From NCBI RefSeq assembly GCF_020745735.1, contig NC_083437.1, positions 23,746,001 to 23,810,000 of the forward strand: a DNA stretch of 64,000 nucleotides. Reading direction: 5' to 3'. The notes below the pieces were generated by a model. It saw nothing but the letters and a program-made list of their open reading frames with translations, was not told the origin of the DNA and searched no databases. This stretch comes from Hemiscyllium ocellatum (taxonomy: Eukaryota). The translations under genes and the position numbers were made by a program. Of this stretch, positions 22,449-34,195 are shown piece by piece (position 1 is the first letter of the stretch; each line of letters starts with the position of its first letter).

Positions 22449-24964
22449 GTAAGTACATATAGCATTAATAAATTTGCTTAATAAATTGTGCATATCACAT
22501 CTCACCATCATCGTAGTTAAAGGTGAGGAAGCTGATTCAGCCAGTCTTGCTTCTCACTGGTTATGAAATGACTCTGAAGTCCACACTACATTGCAACTTT
22601 TAATTGAGACTCAATTTGTTCATGATTTTTCACTCCACTATTCTATCCATGTACTGATCACTGAATTGCCTTTTACTAAATTCACTCTGTATTTCCCATG
22701 TCCACTAACAATTTAATGTGAAATATGTTTCAAGCTTTTCCTTCCTGTAACTATCTTCCTTTAGTGTCCTATCTGTCCAAAATATGAAAAGCAGAATTTT
22801 CTCCAGTTTGAAAATTTCTTGAAACCAGGCTGGAGACATTTGGCTTTTCTCTTAACTACCTCCAATGTTTGAATGATACTAAACAGGGCACAGCACAGAA
22901 GTTGATGTCTGTCCAAAGCACTGCTCGGTTTGCTGTTGACATTTTGTGCTTTGGGCTCTTCTGTTTTGGCTTTTATTGTTAAACATGGTTTAACACACTG
23001 GCTGAAAATGTTGTGTCCAACCTGATGAGCCTTCTAGGTTTGTTTTGTTTCCAAATTCATCTGAAGCGAATTATAGTAACCTTTCATTTTTAAAATTTGT
23101 GCCTGATTATCACTTATTCCGCTGTGATATTGAATTCTTCTCTGTGAGATGGTGCGACCATGCTGCAGTTTCTGTCTCGCTGATGCCAGCACTGTCTAAA
23201 TATGGATTTCTATGACACACTTTCCTTACTTTGCTCCAGTTTTATACAAAGTAGTGAAAGAAATTTGACCCTGTAACTATGGGCACTGAGCAAAATAAGT
23301 CACTAACTGAAACCAGTCTCATTCCTAAAAATAAATCCTAAATCCTTTTGGCTGTTACTGGTTGAAACTGTAACTAGGTAGGACCTGAACCAATCAAATT
23401 AAACAAAATGTTTTGTCAATAATCTTTGACTTATCATTCTACTTTCTCTCACTTTAGACAAGAGGTTCAGAATAAAACTGTTACCTTAGGTTTTAGTATG
23501 TTTTTGTTTTGGCTGGTGCTGTTGCTAGATGTTCATTTCAGTGCTCTTTATTTAGCTAGGCTATCTGTGATAATGGTGATGGAGGAGTATGAGATGCTGT
23601 AAGTTGAGAGGTTTCAGGTTGCAAAGTTCTGGGCAGTTAATGATGACAATTGCTTCCTGGATGCCTAGTTTTTGGGCTGCTACATTCCAATTCTTGCTAA
23701 TTTATTAGTGACTGCCAACAAAGCTTGCTTCAAGATCTTTTGTCTGCACATAGTGTAGATTGCCTAACAATAATTAATTGTATGCAAAAAGACAACAGGC
23801 ATTACCAATCTTGGAACCCGACAACATGCTGGCCTCTTGAGGGATTTCTACAGGACTTTCTGTGGGCATATTTAGGCTAATGGAAAAAGAGGGAAATTCC
23901 AATGATGAAACCCAACTCCCACGCTGCCACCATTTTGTTTACCAAGGTGTAAAGGGTGTGAATGTCCTGTTTTGCTATTTTCAGTGAGGCTGCGTCTACA
24001 TTAAAGGAGATCCAGTGTAAAAAAAAGTATTGGAATAGTCGTCATTTATGACTTTATATCATTGTATGTAGAGGTCCATAAACTGTATTTGTTACCAGAA
24101 ACCCTCTGTGACTTTACCAGAGTAGCTGAAAGTGCAACTAACTCTTGTCAGCAATACAGCCACGTACTATATATGCAATATAAATTTCCAGTTGTGTTTA
24201 CTATTCTTTCTAAGAATCAGAATAACTGTGTAATATTTTAAATGTTGTAAATGTTTCTATCTTATGGATCAATGGTGGTAGGGTGGGGTGGGGGAGCAGA
24301 ACCCTGCTGCACCATAAGTTATTTACCTTGAGGTCAGTAGTTAACCTGAAATTTGTGTTTTCCAGTAGAAAGTACTTGATTTATCACCTTCTTTTCAGTT
24401 TATCATTTTATAATAAACTGCTTACTGCACAACTTGCTAAATATATCCCTTCTGAATGATGATTCATAGTTGTACAAAATTTGAATTTATTTATGGTTTT
24501 ACATTAGATATTTAAGTGCTATCATTTAATTAGTTAATCTCTGAATATCAAATGAAATGTCCAGTTTTCCAAAATCCACCCCCTTGCTCTTGTCCCCTTC
24601 ACTCACACTGATAAGGAGCATCAACAACCCAACATTGATGTAGTCTCAAGCTAATCATTGGTTTATTGATTTAAATTAGTCATATTTGGGTTTCCAACTG
24701 GTGACAAGGCTAGTTGCTAATATTTTGTACGTCACTGACCAAATCTCTGCACCACCTCAATGTGGCTGCAACCTTCAGGTTGTAAAGGTACTTTTTATTT
24801 TTAGAAATTGCTGTCAAACCAATTACAAATTGGTTTGGAATGATATTGATAAGTCCTAGCCATCAGTAATTTGTGGCGCATTTTTAAAATAAATGAACAT
24901 TAAAATAATAAAAATGTGCAGTGTCCCATGTTAGATCTCTCATATTGCTATCTCTGTGCTATCA

Positions 24965-25112
24965 TTTGTAGCTGAAAATATGTTGCTGGAAAAGCGCAGC
25001 AGGTCAGGCAGCATCCAAGGAGCAGCAGAGTTGACGTTTTGGGCATGAGCCCTTTTCCAGCAACACATTTTCAGCTCTGATCTCCAGCATCTGCAGTCCT
25101 CATTTTCTCCTA
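24965..25112. mobile_element. Short inverted remnant of a probable Penelope-like terminus
   Basis: GCTGAAAATATGTTGCTGGAAAA ... TTTTCCAGCAACACATTTTCAGC inverted pair, with a partial hammerhead stem on the minus strand. Confidence 0.6.
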
Positions 25113-25439
25113 TCATTTGTAGCCAAGGCCTTCAATTTTCTACAAGATTATCAGAATATAGCGTCTTAATAGGTTAAAGTGTATCAAATGCTTTATGGTA
25201 ACCCTGTATTCACTAGTGTATAATTACTGCAGCATGTTCTTTGAGAAATTTTACTCTGTTTCAATTCTCCACCACCAGCAATATACTGTAAATTCATTTT
25301 TAGGCATAACATGCTGGTCAAAGATTTAAAATCAAAGCTTAGATTACAAATCGCCTTGTGTGCGCTAAATTTAAGCACAGAATTCTGGAAGTAGAATGAG
25401 AAAAAAATGGTTTCCTTAACATTTACTATTTTTTGCTAG

Positions 25440-25480
25440 GCATTACGTGGTACGAGGCCCTGAGAAAACACCTTACGAGG
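25440..25480 (+). CDS. UBE2J2: UBE2J2 coding exon 2
   Basis: ttttgctag acceptor; (W)HYVVRGPEKTPYE(G); GTATGT donor; 41 nt. Confidence 0.97.
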
Positions 25481-25919
25481 GTATGTATTGTTCTCATCTG
25501 ATAACTGGCTGATATATTAATATATTCTGTTTGTCTCACATTCATTAGTTGTTATATCATCATATAATTAACTGCTGCAGAGTCTGCAAAATATATCCTT
25601 TATTGACAGGTGTTCATTTATTTTCTGTTTCATGATTTGGCAGTAATGGCAAATTTCTTAATGGTTCTGTTTCAAAATTTTAAGTATTGTCATTTAATTT
25701 CTTATCCACTGGCTATCAAAGGTGATGTACAACTTGTGTGTTGGGCAGTTTTCTATTATCAAACTTTTTCTGAACATTTAAGGTAGGGCAAAAATATTGT
25801 CGCAGTAATAATGCTTTATCATGTCTATTAATGATTGGATTTGCTATTAAATAAGAATGTCATAACATCAAGACCTTTGCTTTAAATTAAAGCTTAATGG
25901 TAAAGAAATTCTGTTGCCC

Positions 25920-26757
25920 CACTGAATACAACGGGATCTCGATCAGATGGTCCAATGGGCTGAGAAGTGGCAGATTGAGTTTAATTTAGATAAATGCAAG
26001 GTGCTGCAATTTGGGGAAGCAAATCTTAGCAGGACTTATACACTTAATGGTAAGGTCCTAGAGAGTGTTGGTGAACAAAGAGACCTTGGAGTGCAGGTTC
26101 ATAGCTCCTTGAAAGTGGAGTCGCAGATAGATAGGATAGTGAAGAAGGCATTTGGTATGCTTTCGTTTATTGGTCAGAGTATTGAGTATAAGAGTTGGGA
26201 GGTCATGTTGTGGCTGTACAGGACATTGGTTGAGCCACTGTTGGAATATTGCGTGCAATTCTGGTCTCCCTCCTATTGGAAGGATGTTGTGAAACTTGAA
26301 AGACTGAGAAAATATTTACAAGAATGTTGCCAGGGTTGGAGGATTTGAGCTGTTGGGAGAGGTTGAATAGGCTGTATTCCCTGGAGCATTGGAGGCTGAG
26401 GGGTGACATTATAGAGGTTTATAAAATCATGAGGGGCATGGATAGGGTAAATAGACAAGGTATTTTCCCTGGGTTGGGGGGTGTCCAGAACTAGAGGGCA
26501 TAGGTTTAGGGTGAGATGGGAAAGATGCAAAAAAGACCTAAAGGGCAACGTTTTCACGCAGAGGGTGGTACGTGTATGGAATGAGCTGCCAGAGGAAGTG
26601 GTAGAGGCTGATACAATTGCAACATTTAAAAAGCATCTGGATGAGTATATAGGCCTGGTGCTGGCAGGTGGGACTAGAATGGTTTGGGATATCTGGTCAG
26701 CATACACGAGTTGGACTGAAGGGTCTGCTTCCATGCTGTACGTTTCTATGACTCTAT
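25920..26757 (+). mobile_element. HER1/CR1 LINE, 5'-truncated
   Basis: QWAEKWQIEFNLDKCKVLQFG..RDLGVQVHSSLK..LYRTLVEPLLEYCVQFWSP..FTQRVVRVWNELP; tail TCTATGACTCTATG. Confidence 0.93.
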
Positions 26758-28452
26758 GGTGAATGATGTAATAATGAATACCTATTCCTATTTAAAACAG
26801 AACTGAGAAGGAATTACTTTGCTCAAAAGGTTATGAATCTGTGGAATGAATGACTTCCGAGTGCAATGGATGCTGTGATGCTGAATAAACCTGAGGAGAT
26901 AGACTGACAGATATTCAATTAGTAATGGTTTAAAGGTTATGAGGAGTGGGCAGGAAAGTGGAAATGAGAGCGAGATATGATGAGCCATGATTCTATTAAA
27001 TGGTGTAGCAGGGTTGAGGGGCTGAATTGCCTACTCCTGTTCCTAGGTGAAAGTGAGGACTGGAGATCCGAGTCAAGATTAGAGTGGTGCTGGAAAAGCA
27101 CAGCAGGTCAGTCCTGCTCCTAGTTATGTTCAATGTTCTCTTGCTTTGAAGCAGTGAGTGTAGTGAAAGATTGTAAGAGTATGTGCCCATAAATTTTGTG
27201 AAATTTGTGAAAATGGAGATATTTATTTGTATTTGAAGACCAGTGTACCTCCCAAGATTGAACAGCAGTGAGTAGGTCTGGGAGAGTGTTCACAGGAAGT
27301 AAGTGGGCAAATGCAGAAGCCAGGTAAAGCCTGGAGGGCAGGCAGCTGCCCTGAGGATGGAGTAGATGTGAGTAACCTCAAGTTAGATTTTATTTAAAAA
27401 CAAAAAAAAGGGTAATTCATGTCTGTGCTGTAAGTTTGGACCGGTCAGCTAATTTTGTTTTTGCTAATGCCTATTCTCTGCAACCTCTGTAAAAACAGAA
27501 ATGGGAGATGAGACTTTATCACAACCAATATTATATAGATATACTACCTACAACTTACATTTTGAGAATTGGATTTAACCATTGGCTGTTTACTTGTAGA
27601 CTTGCAGGAATGTTTTCACATTCACTGTTCAAATAAGTATTAATAGAGGATAGCTACACCAGTGGGATAAGATCTTTATGTATCATCAGTGGACTGACCA
27701 AAAAAGAGAATTTATTCAGATCGTGATTTGTACAAGAAACGAGATTCAAATGTTATCTTTTTTTTTATCTTTATTGTAATGTATTATTTTTCACTAAATG
27801 TTTTAGTTATGGGGTGAATTAAGTCTCTGTTATATGAAAGAATTCTCATGGATGTGTGTGCCCTAATTACAGGTGGATACCAGTGAAATCAATGTTGGCC
27901 AATACAGTTAAAAGCAGAATGGTCAAAATTAGTTTGATGGTGTTGATCCTGATGAATACTCTGTGGGAAGTAATATTTAAAATATTCTTTGTCTCTGACT
28001 GAAAACGTGGAATGGGGAACATTGTAGTGATCATGGGAAAGGATAGCTCTGTGAGTTATTTCAAGAACTGGGATAAAACTGAAGAGATTTGCTTTATTTT
28101 ATTGTGACGAGACTGTGGCTTTAAGAGGTATATTTTGTCCTGGTTTGTTTTAAGAAGGAGCTTGAAGAAGGAGTGCCAAGCATTTGTGGTAATGTAAACA
28201 ACTTGTGAGGCCTTGATTTTTTTTAAAAAGTTGGAGCAGTAGAATTCTAATGGAGATAACTTGAAGGACTTATGTCCAAAGCGTTGATTCCCCTATTCCT
28301 TGGATGCTGCCTGACCAGCTGTGCTTTTCCAGCGCCCCACTTTTTTCGACCCTGATCTCCAGCATCTGCAGTCCTCACTTTCTCCAAGTGGATCAAGGTT
28401 TACAAGGAGAATGCGGTTGAGAAACTTATCAGCCATGATTAAATGGCAGAGC

Positions 28453-30104
28453 GGGGAGATCCAAGATGGCGGCGACTCAGCAAGTCTGAGTCTACAGAGC
28501 CCTTCCCAAAACCTGGGAAAAGTGGGTTTCCTGCCCCCACCACACTTGCCAAACCACCCAAAAAATTTCTTTAATCTTAATTAGCTGCTGAATATTATAT
28601 TTAAACAGTCTAATACTGAGTGGATAATGAGTAAACCAAAGGGATCCCTCAGCTCTCAGAAAACAAAGACCCCTCCCCCACCCTCCTCTCCTCCGGCTGC
28701 AACTGATGTAAAAACAGGCCTTATAGAGATGATTGCTAGATTGGAATCGACACTCATCAATTTCATCGCAGAATCCCGACAGAGATGGAATGCATTCGAA
28801 GAAAAGCTGCAGAAACAGAATCACTCTATCGGAGAATTGCAGGGCCGAGTGGAGGGGGCGGAACTAAAGGCCACGACCTCCGAGGCTGCAGCTCAAACAG
28901 CTGCAGAACAGGTGCGAACCCTCGAGCAGAGAATCAGGGCCTTTGAAATCTACATGGATGATATTGACAACAGAAATCGGAGAAAGAATATTCGGTTGCT
29001 GGGCCTTCAAGAACAAGAAGGGAAAGGACAGTTAGCAGCATTTCTGGAGCGATGGCTGCCCCAGCTTTTAAACCTGGGGGCTGAAACTGACCGGGTAAGG
29101 GTGGAGTGGGCCTACCGGGTCGCAGTACGCAGATCTGGCCCAAACCAGCGCCCACGCCCGGTCCTGTTCCGGCTGCAGAGTTATAGGGAGAGGCAGATAC
29201 TCCTGGATGCCTCCAGAAAGCTTGGAAAGGATCCTAAAGCTATGATTCATGAAGGATCCAAGATTATGTTATTTCAGGACTTCTCCCCGGCTTTGGCACG
29301 AAGAAGGAAGGCGTTTGATGAGGTGAAGAAATGTTTAAGGGACTTAGATATTCAATACACCTTACGCTACCCAGCGACGTTATGCTTTACCCACGAAGGA
29401 TCCGAGTATAATTTTAGATCATCGGAAGAGGCCAAGAAACTTTTAGACTCGGTTAAATAAATCGTAAGAGACAATTTATGTTGGCTTGCCTCTCCCACAC
29501 TCCGTGGGGATAAATGGATACTTTATTCTACTTTACTTTTGCCTCTGGGAGCGGGGTTGTCTTCCTTGCTATGTTATTATACTTAACTGTAATCTGTTGG
29601 AGTTGTAATTTTATAGTTATGTGTGTTTGTACGTGGCATTGATGCTAGCAGATATACTCAGGTATGGGTGGGGAGGGGTGGGGGTGCGGCGCTCACTGTT
29701 AACTCTAGCTCGGTATTATATCTAAATCCTATTAAGGAGCGCCCGGGTTGAGGGTGGGACACTGTTTGGGAGAGGATATGGTGGAACGTTGGAAAGGTAG
29801 TAAGGCCCCCTGAGAACAAGGGGGAAGATCTCCATTCAAACATGTTTAATTTTTTTTTGTTCTTATTGTTTGGAAATAACTTCCTTTTTATCATACTGTT
29901 ATGAGTGTATTAGAGAACATTTTCTCTTATTTGAAGAATGTAAGCGACTCAACTATACACTCTGGATGATTGTGGATTAGTTGAATTTTGATGATTATAT
30001 ATTTAAGATCTATTTTTATATTAATGTTTGTGCTTGAAAATTCTGCTTATTTTTGTAAATTTGTCAAAATGTTAAATTCCCAATAAAAATATCTATAAAA
30101 AAAA
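28453..30104 (+). mobile_element. Non-autonomous ORF1-only L1 (HAL1-like, half-L1)
   Basis: 5' GGGGAGATCCAAGATGGCGGC, intact ORF1, inter-ORF homology to 38957-39503, then L1 3' UTR homology, AATAAA and A-tail. TSD AAATGGCAGAGC (28441-28452) / AAAAGGCAGAGC (30101-30112). Confidence 0.9.
28627..29460 (+). CDS. L1 ORF1p (coiled coil, RRM, CTD), 277 aa, intact
   Basis: DNRNRRKNIRLLGLQE, RVEWAYRV, RPRPVLFRL, IMLFQDFSPALARRRKAF and YTLRYPATL motifs. Confidence 0.9.
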   Translation: MSKPKGSLSSQKTKTPPPPSSPPAATDVKTGLIEMIARLESTLINFIAESRQRWNAFEEKLQKQNHSIGELQGRVEGAELKATTSEAAAQTAAEQVRTLEQRIRAFEIYMDDIDNRNRRKNIRLLGLQEQEGKGQLAAFLERWLPQLLNLGAETDRVRVEWAYRVAVRRSGPNQRPRPVLFRLQSYRERQILLDASRKLGKDPKAMIHEGSKIMLFQDFSPALARRRKAFDEVKKCLRDLDIQYTLRYPATLCFTHEGSEYNFRSSEEAKKLLDSVK

Positions 30105-30485
30105 GGCAGAGCGGACTCGATGGGCTGAATGGCCCATTTTCTATTGTGTCTTATGGTCTAAGCAGCCTGGATGGGTGTGGTCAGCTCTCAAACCAGGATT
30201 TCCCTACTGTTTCTTTTTAGCTTTAAGCAGTTGTGGTTGTGGAAGTGGAAGCAATTTTTCCATTTCTTGATTATAGCCAAAAGCTGGGGATTTTCTTCGT
30301 AGGCTGCTAGAATACGCGTGAGACAAAATCTGTTTTTCTGAATTTCCCATTTTGCAACAGGGTGTGACTATGGGATGTTGCTATATTGGAAAAGTTGATT
30401 AGTAGTCGTTACTGTATCTGTTATTGTTTTCCAATAGAGATAAGTTATTCAAAATTTTCTTTCCTCTGTTATATTTTAATTGTCG

Positions 30486-31245
30486 TCATAGAGCGGTGCA
30501 ACATGGAAACAGACCCTTCAGTCCAACTCATCCATGTTGACCAAATATCCTAAATTAATCTAGTCCCATTTGCCAGCATTTGGCCCATATCTCTCCAAAA
30601 CCTTCCTATTCATATACCCATCTAAATGCCTTTTCAAGTTTGTAATTGTACCAGCCTCCACCACTTCCTCTGCAGCTCATTCCATACATGCACCACCACC
30701 CTCAATGTGAAAAAGTTGCCCCTTAAGTCCCTTTTATATCTTATTCCCCTTTCACCTTAAACCGATGCTGTCTAGTTTTGGACTCCACCCTGCCGCCCCC
30801 CCCCCCCCCACCCCACCCAGTGAAAAGACCTTGGGTATTTACCCTATCCATGCCCCTCATGATTTTATAAACCTCGATAAGGTCATTCTTCAGCTTCTGA
30901 CACTCCAAGGAAGATAACCCCAGCCTATTCAGCCTCTCCCTATAGATCAAACCCTCCAATCATGGCAACATCATTGTAAATCTTTTCTGAACTCTTTCAT
31001 CCTATAGCAGGGAGACCAGAATTGCACGCAGCATTTCAAAAGTAGTCTAACCAGTGTCCAGTACAGCTGCAACATGACCTTCCAACTCCTATACTCAATG
31101 ATAAAGGCAAGCATATCAAACACCTCTTTCACTATTCTATGACTCCACTTTCAAAGAACTGTGAACCTGCAATCTTTGTTCAGCAACACTCCTCAGGGTT
31201 TTCCATTAAGTGTATAAATCCTGCCCTGATGTGCCTTTCCAAAAT
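30486..31245 (-). mobile_element. HER1/CR1 LINE, 5'-truncated
   Basis: EGLIYRERLNRLGLSSLE..DLIEVYKIMRGMDRVN on the minus strand; reversed tail TCATAGAG at 30486. Confidence 0.9.
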
Positions 31246-31819
31246 GTTTTTGACTAAATTATGTTTTGCTTAATGTTGAGCAGTTTGATTGCTCGGAATG
31301 CATCTGGAACTCCGCACTTTGCATTTGCCTTTAAAATAAGAAAAAGTTAGAGTCTAGACGACCTTCTTAAAATTTTTTGAGGGGATCTGGTCCATAACAT
31401 TATATTGGAAAGCAATAACCTTGTTCAAACTGTGAATGTAATGTAGTGTTGACTCTACTGGCTGTGCATCTAGCCATGTGCAATACAAAAACAAAATGTT
31501 GGAAATGCTCAATTGGTTTGTCAGCATTTGGAGGAAGAGCAAAACCAAATTAGTATTTTGGCTAAATTAACTATTGGTCTGTTATTCTGTTTCTTTCCTT
31601 ATGCGTGCTGCCTGAACTGCCAGGTTTTTCCAGCACTTTTTCTTTCTGATTTCCAGCCTCTGTGATATTTTGTTTTTGTGCTGGAACTCTCTATGCTCCA
31701 TTTTTGGCGTGACCAAAGTCATAATGTAATAAATAACATTGCAAGTTTTAATTGCAGAATATGTTAAAATGAAGTCTACACAGATTCTAATAGTGCTCTT
31801 GTTTTCTCTCTAAATCTAG

Positions 31820-31922
31820 GCGGTCTTTATCATGGGAAGTTAGTTTTCCCCAGAGAATTTCCTTTCAAGCCCCCTAGTATTTATATGATCACACCAAATG
31901 GAAGATTCAAATGCAATACAAG
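31820..31922 (+). CDS. UBE2J2: UBE2J2 coding exon 3
   Basis: (G)[33 protein letters not shown](R); ctag acceptor, GTAAGC donor; 103 nt. Confidence 0.97.
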
Positions 31923-32449
31923 GTAAGCAATCTCGTAAATAATTTGAAACTTTCATTAATAGTGTCAAAGCAGAGACATTAGCATACTGTACAACATTGT
32001 TAAAGATTATTGTTATCTGTTCATTTCAAGTTTTATCCTTGGTTATGCATATTGAATGGCATTTAAATTTTCTGTGTTTATTTTTTTAAAAGAACTTCAC
32101 ATTTCTGGTTACGTAGCTGAAATTCTAGTCTCATGGAGTCATTATAGAGCAATAGTTCAAAATTATTAAATGGTTTTAAAGTTGGTGCAAGTTTAGATGC
32201 TCCAAAGGCTAAACATTTTAAACTGAAGATTTTTAATATTGTTTTGAATCACTAAAAGAGTAAATCATGGAGCCTTTCAAAGCATTATTTTTACATATCA
32301 TTAGCAATAGAAGAAGTCACTGATAATTCAGGTATTTCCAGGTACACTCCTTGCAATCAACAAAAGCCATAATTCCCTTGGAAACTAATTAATATTCCAG
32401 TATGTTTGTACTCCTGAGATACCCCTTTCTCCCCTGATAGACTAACTGA

Positions 32450-32965
32450 AAAGCTACAAAAATGCCTGTGCCAGATGTCCCCAGCATCACGGTCTTCAAC
32501 CAATTCAATTCTCTCCATCAAGACATGGCTGAAAGCATTAGATACTGCAAAAGCTATGGGCCCTGAGAACATTTCGGCAATACTGCTAAAGACTTGTGCT
32601 CCAGACTTGTCACATCCCAAGCCAAGCTGTTCCGGTACAGCTGTAACATTAGCAGCAACCTGACCATGTGTGAAACTGCCCTGGTATGTCCTGCGCACAA
32701 AAAGCAGGGTGAATCCAACCAACCAATAACCAATTGCCTTAATTGGCAACCCATCCACTATCTTGAGTATTCACTCTAATGCTATATCATAGTCCCTTCG
32801 CTGCTGGGTCAAAATCCTGGATCTCCCTCTTTAACATCACTGTGTATTAACAACATACCTACCCCACATGGACTGCAGCAATTTGCAAAAGCAACTAACC
32901 ACCACCACCTCCAGGACAATACTTGTGAACGTCTCCAACGATACTCACATTCCATGAATTAATAA
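32450..32965 (+). mobile_element. L2/Crack-like LINE fragments
   Basis: IKTWLKALDTAKAMGPENISAILLKTCAP..VCPAHKKQGESN, followed by the family 3' end. Confidence 0.65.
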
Positions 32966-33599
32966 AACAATTTCCTTTCTGATTGAGAAACCAGTGATGG
33001 GCTGTATTCTTTAAACTCTAAGCTAGAAATCAGGTTACTAAAAGAGGAAATCAAACAGGAGCTCAAGCAGATAACACTTTTCACTAGATCATGATAAATA
33101 ATTTGTCTCCAGTAGTGGAAATCAACTCCATTGAAATCATTAATAATGCTCATTAGCTGTAACACATCCACAAAGAAAATCTTTTAGATGCTCATTGTAT
33201 CCAAGTAGCTACAGCATGTTGGTACTTGGCAAAGAAGAGATCCATAAACATAGTTTATTTTGGATCCAAAGTCAATCTGTCTTTCATTTGGAAATGCAAA
33301 TTAAGTCAAAGTAAGATTGTTTCTTTCACATTCTGTAATGGATAGGACACATGATGTATAGTTTTGTAATTACCCTGTTTTTGCTTTTATGGGTTTGTGA
33401 AGCAGGGTAAATTCTATACCAGGAGTGATAGGTTTACTCTCTGTCAGACTGCACACTCCTGAACAATTAATCATCTACTGCCTGCCTGATATACAATACC
33501 TAATTACTTCTAACATTATTCATCTTTCTAACTAAGATAACTTATTTGTCTCAAGTGATGTAGAAGCCAGAAATGTGAGTTAATTCTATTTCTAGAAAA

Positions 33600-34195
33600 G
33601 ATGATTTAACATCTTGGGCTTATCATTGACTGGACACTTAACTGGATGAGCCATATAAATATTGTGTTTACAAGAGCAAGTCCGATTAGATATCCTATAG
33701 CAAATAACTCACCTTCTGATTCCCCAAAGCTTGTATAACATCTACAAGGCACAAGTCAGGAGTATGATGGAATACTCCCCACTTGCTTGACACCATCCAG
33801 GACAAAGCAACCTGCATGCTGTGCACCACATACACGAGCGTTCACTCCCTTTGCCACTGATACTCAGCAGTGGCAGTTTGTACCAACTATAAAACACACT
33901 AGAAATTCATCAAGGCTCCTTAGATAGCACCTTTCAAATTCACAACTGCTCCCATCTGGAAGGACAAGGAAAACCTACATGGGAGCACCACCATGTACAA
34001 ATTCCCCACTAAACCATTTACAATCCTGTCTTGGAAATATATCATCTTTGCTTCAGTGACAATGGGTCAAAATCTTGGAATTCCCTTAATGATATTGTCT
34101 GCCCAGCTCAAATGGACTGCAGCAGTTCAGGAAAACTGTTCATGGCTTTCTCAAGAGCAGCCAGTGGTGCCCAGATGCCACAAATAGAAAAAAAT
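33600..34195 (+). mobile_element. L2/Crack-like LINE 3' portion
   Basis: ILGLIIDWTLNWMSHINIV..PQSLYNIYKAQVRSMMEYSPLA. Confidence 0.7.

Larger units (their letters stand above)
28244..30160 (+). mobile_element. CR1 3'-end fragment interrupted by a Penelope-like terminus (about 28258-28385) and by the half-L1
   Basis: TATCAGCCATGATTAAATGGCAGAGC joins to GGACTCGATGGGCTGAATGGCC..TGTCTTATGGTCTA to give a CR1 3' UTR like the one at 45338-45418. Confidence 0.75.
28103..31399. mobile_element. Solo LTR (TG...CA, probably Gypsy-type), about 0.6 kb net, split by nested insertions
   Basis: Starts TGTGAC at 28103 and ends CATAACA at 31399. TTAT flanks both sides (28099-28102 and 31400-31403). LTR pieces are about 28103-28243, 30161-30485 and 31246-31399. 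Confidence 0.6.

Noticed and set aside
28492-28824. Antisense 'ORF0-like' frames in both L1 elements (also 37969-38325)
   Set aside because: The two are in different frames relative to ORF1 and share no peptide similarity.
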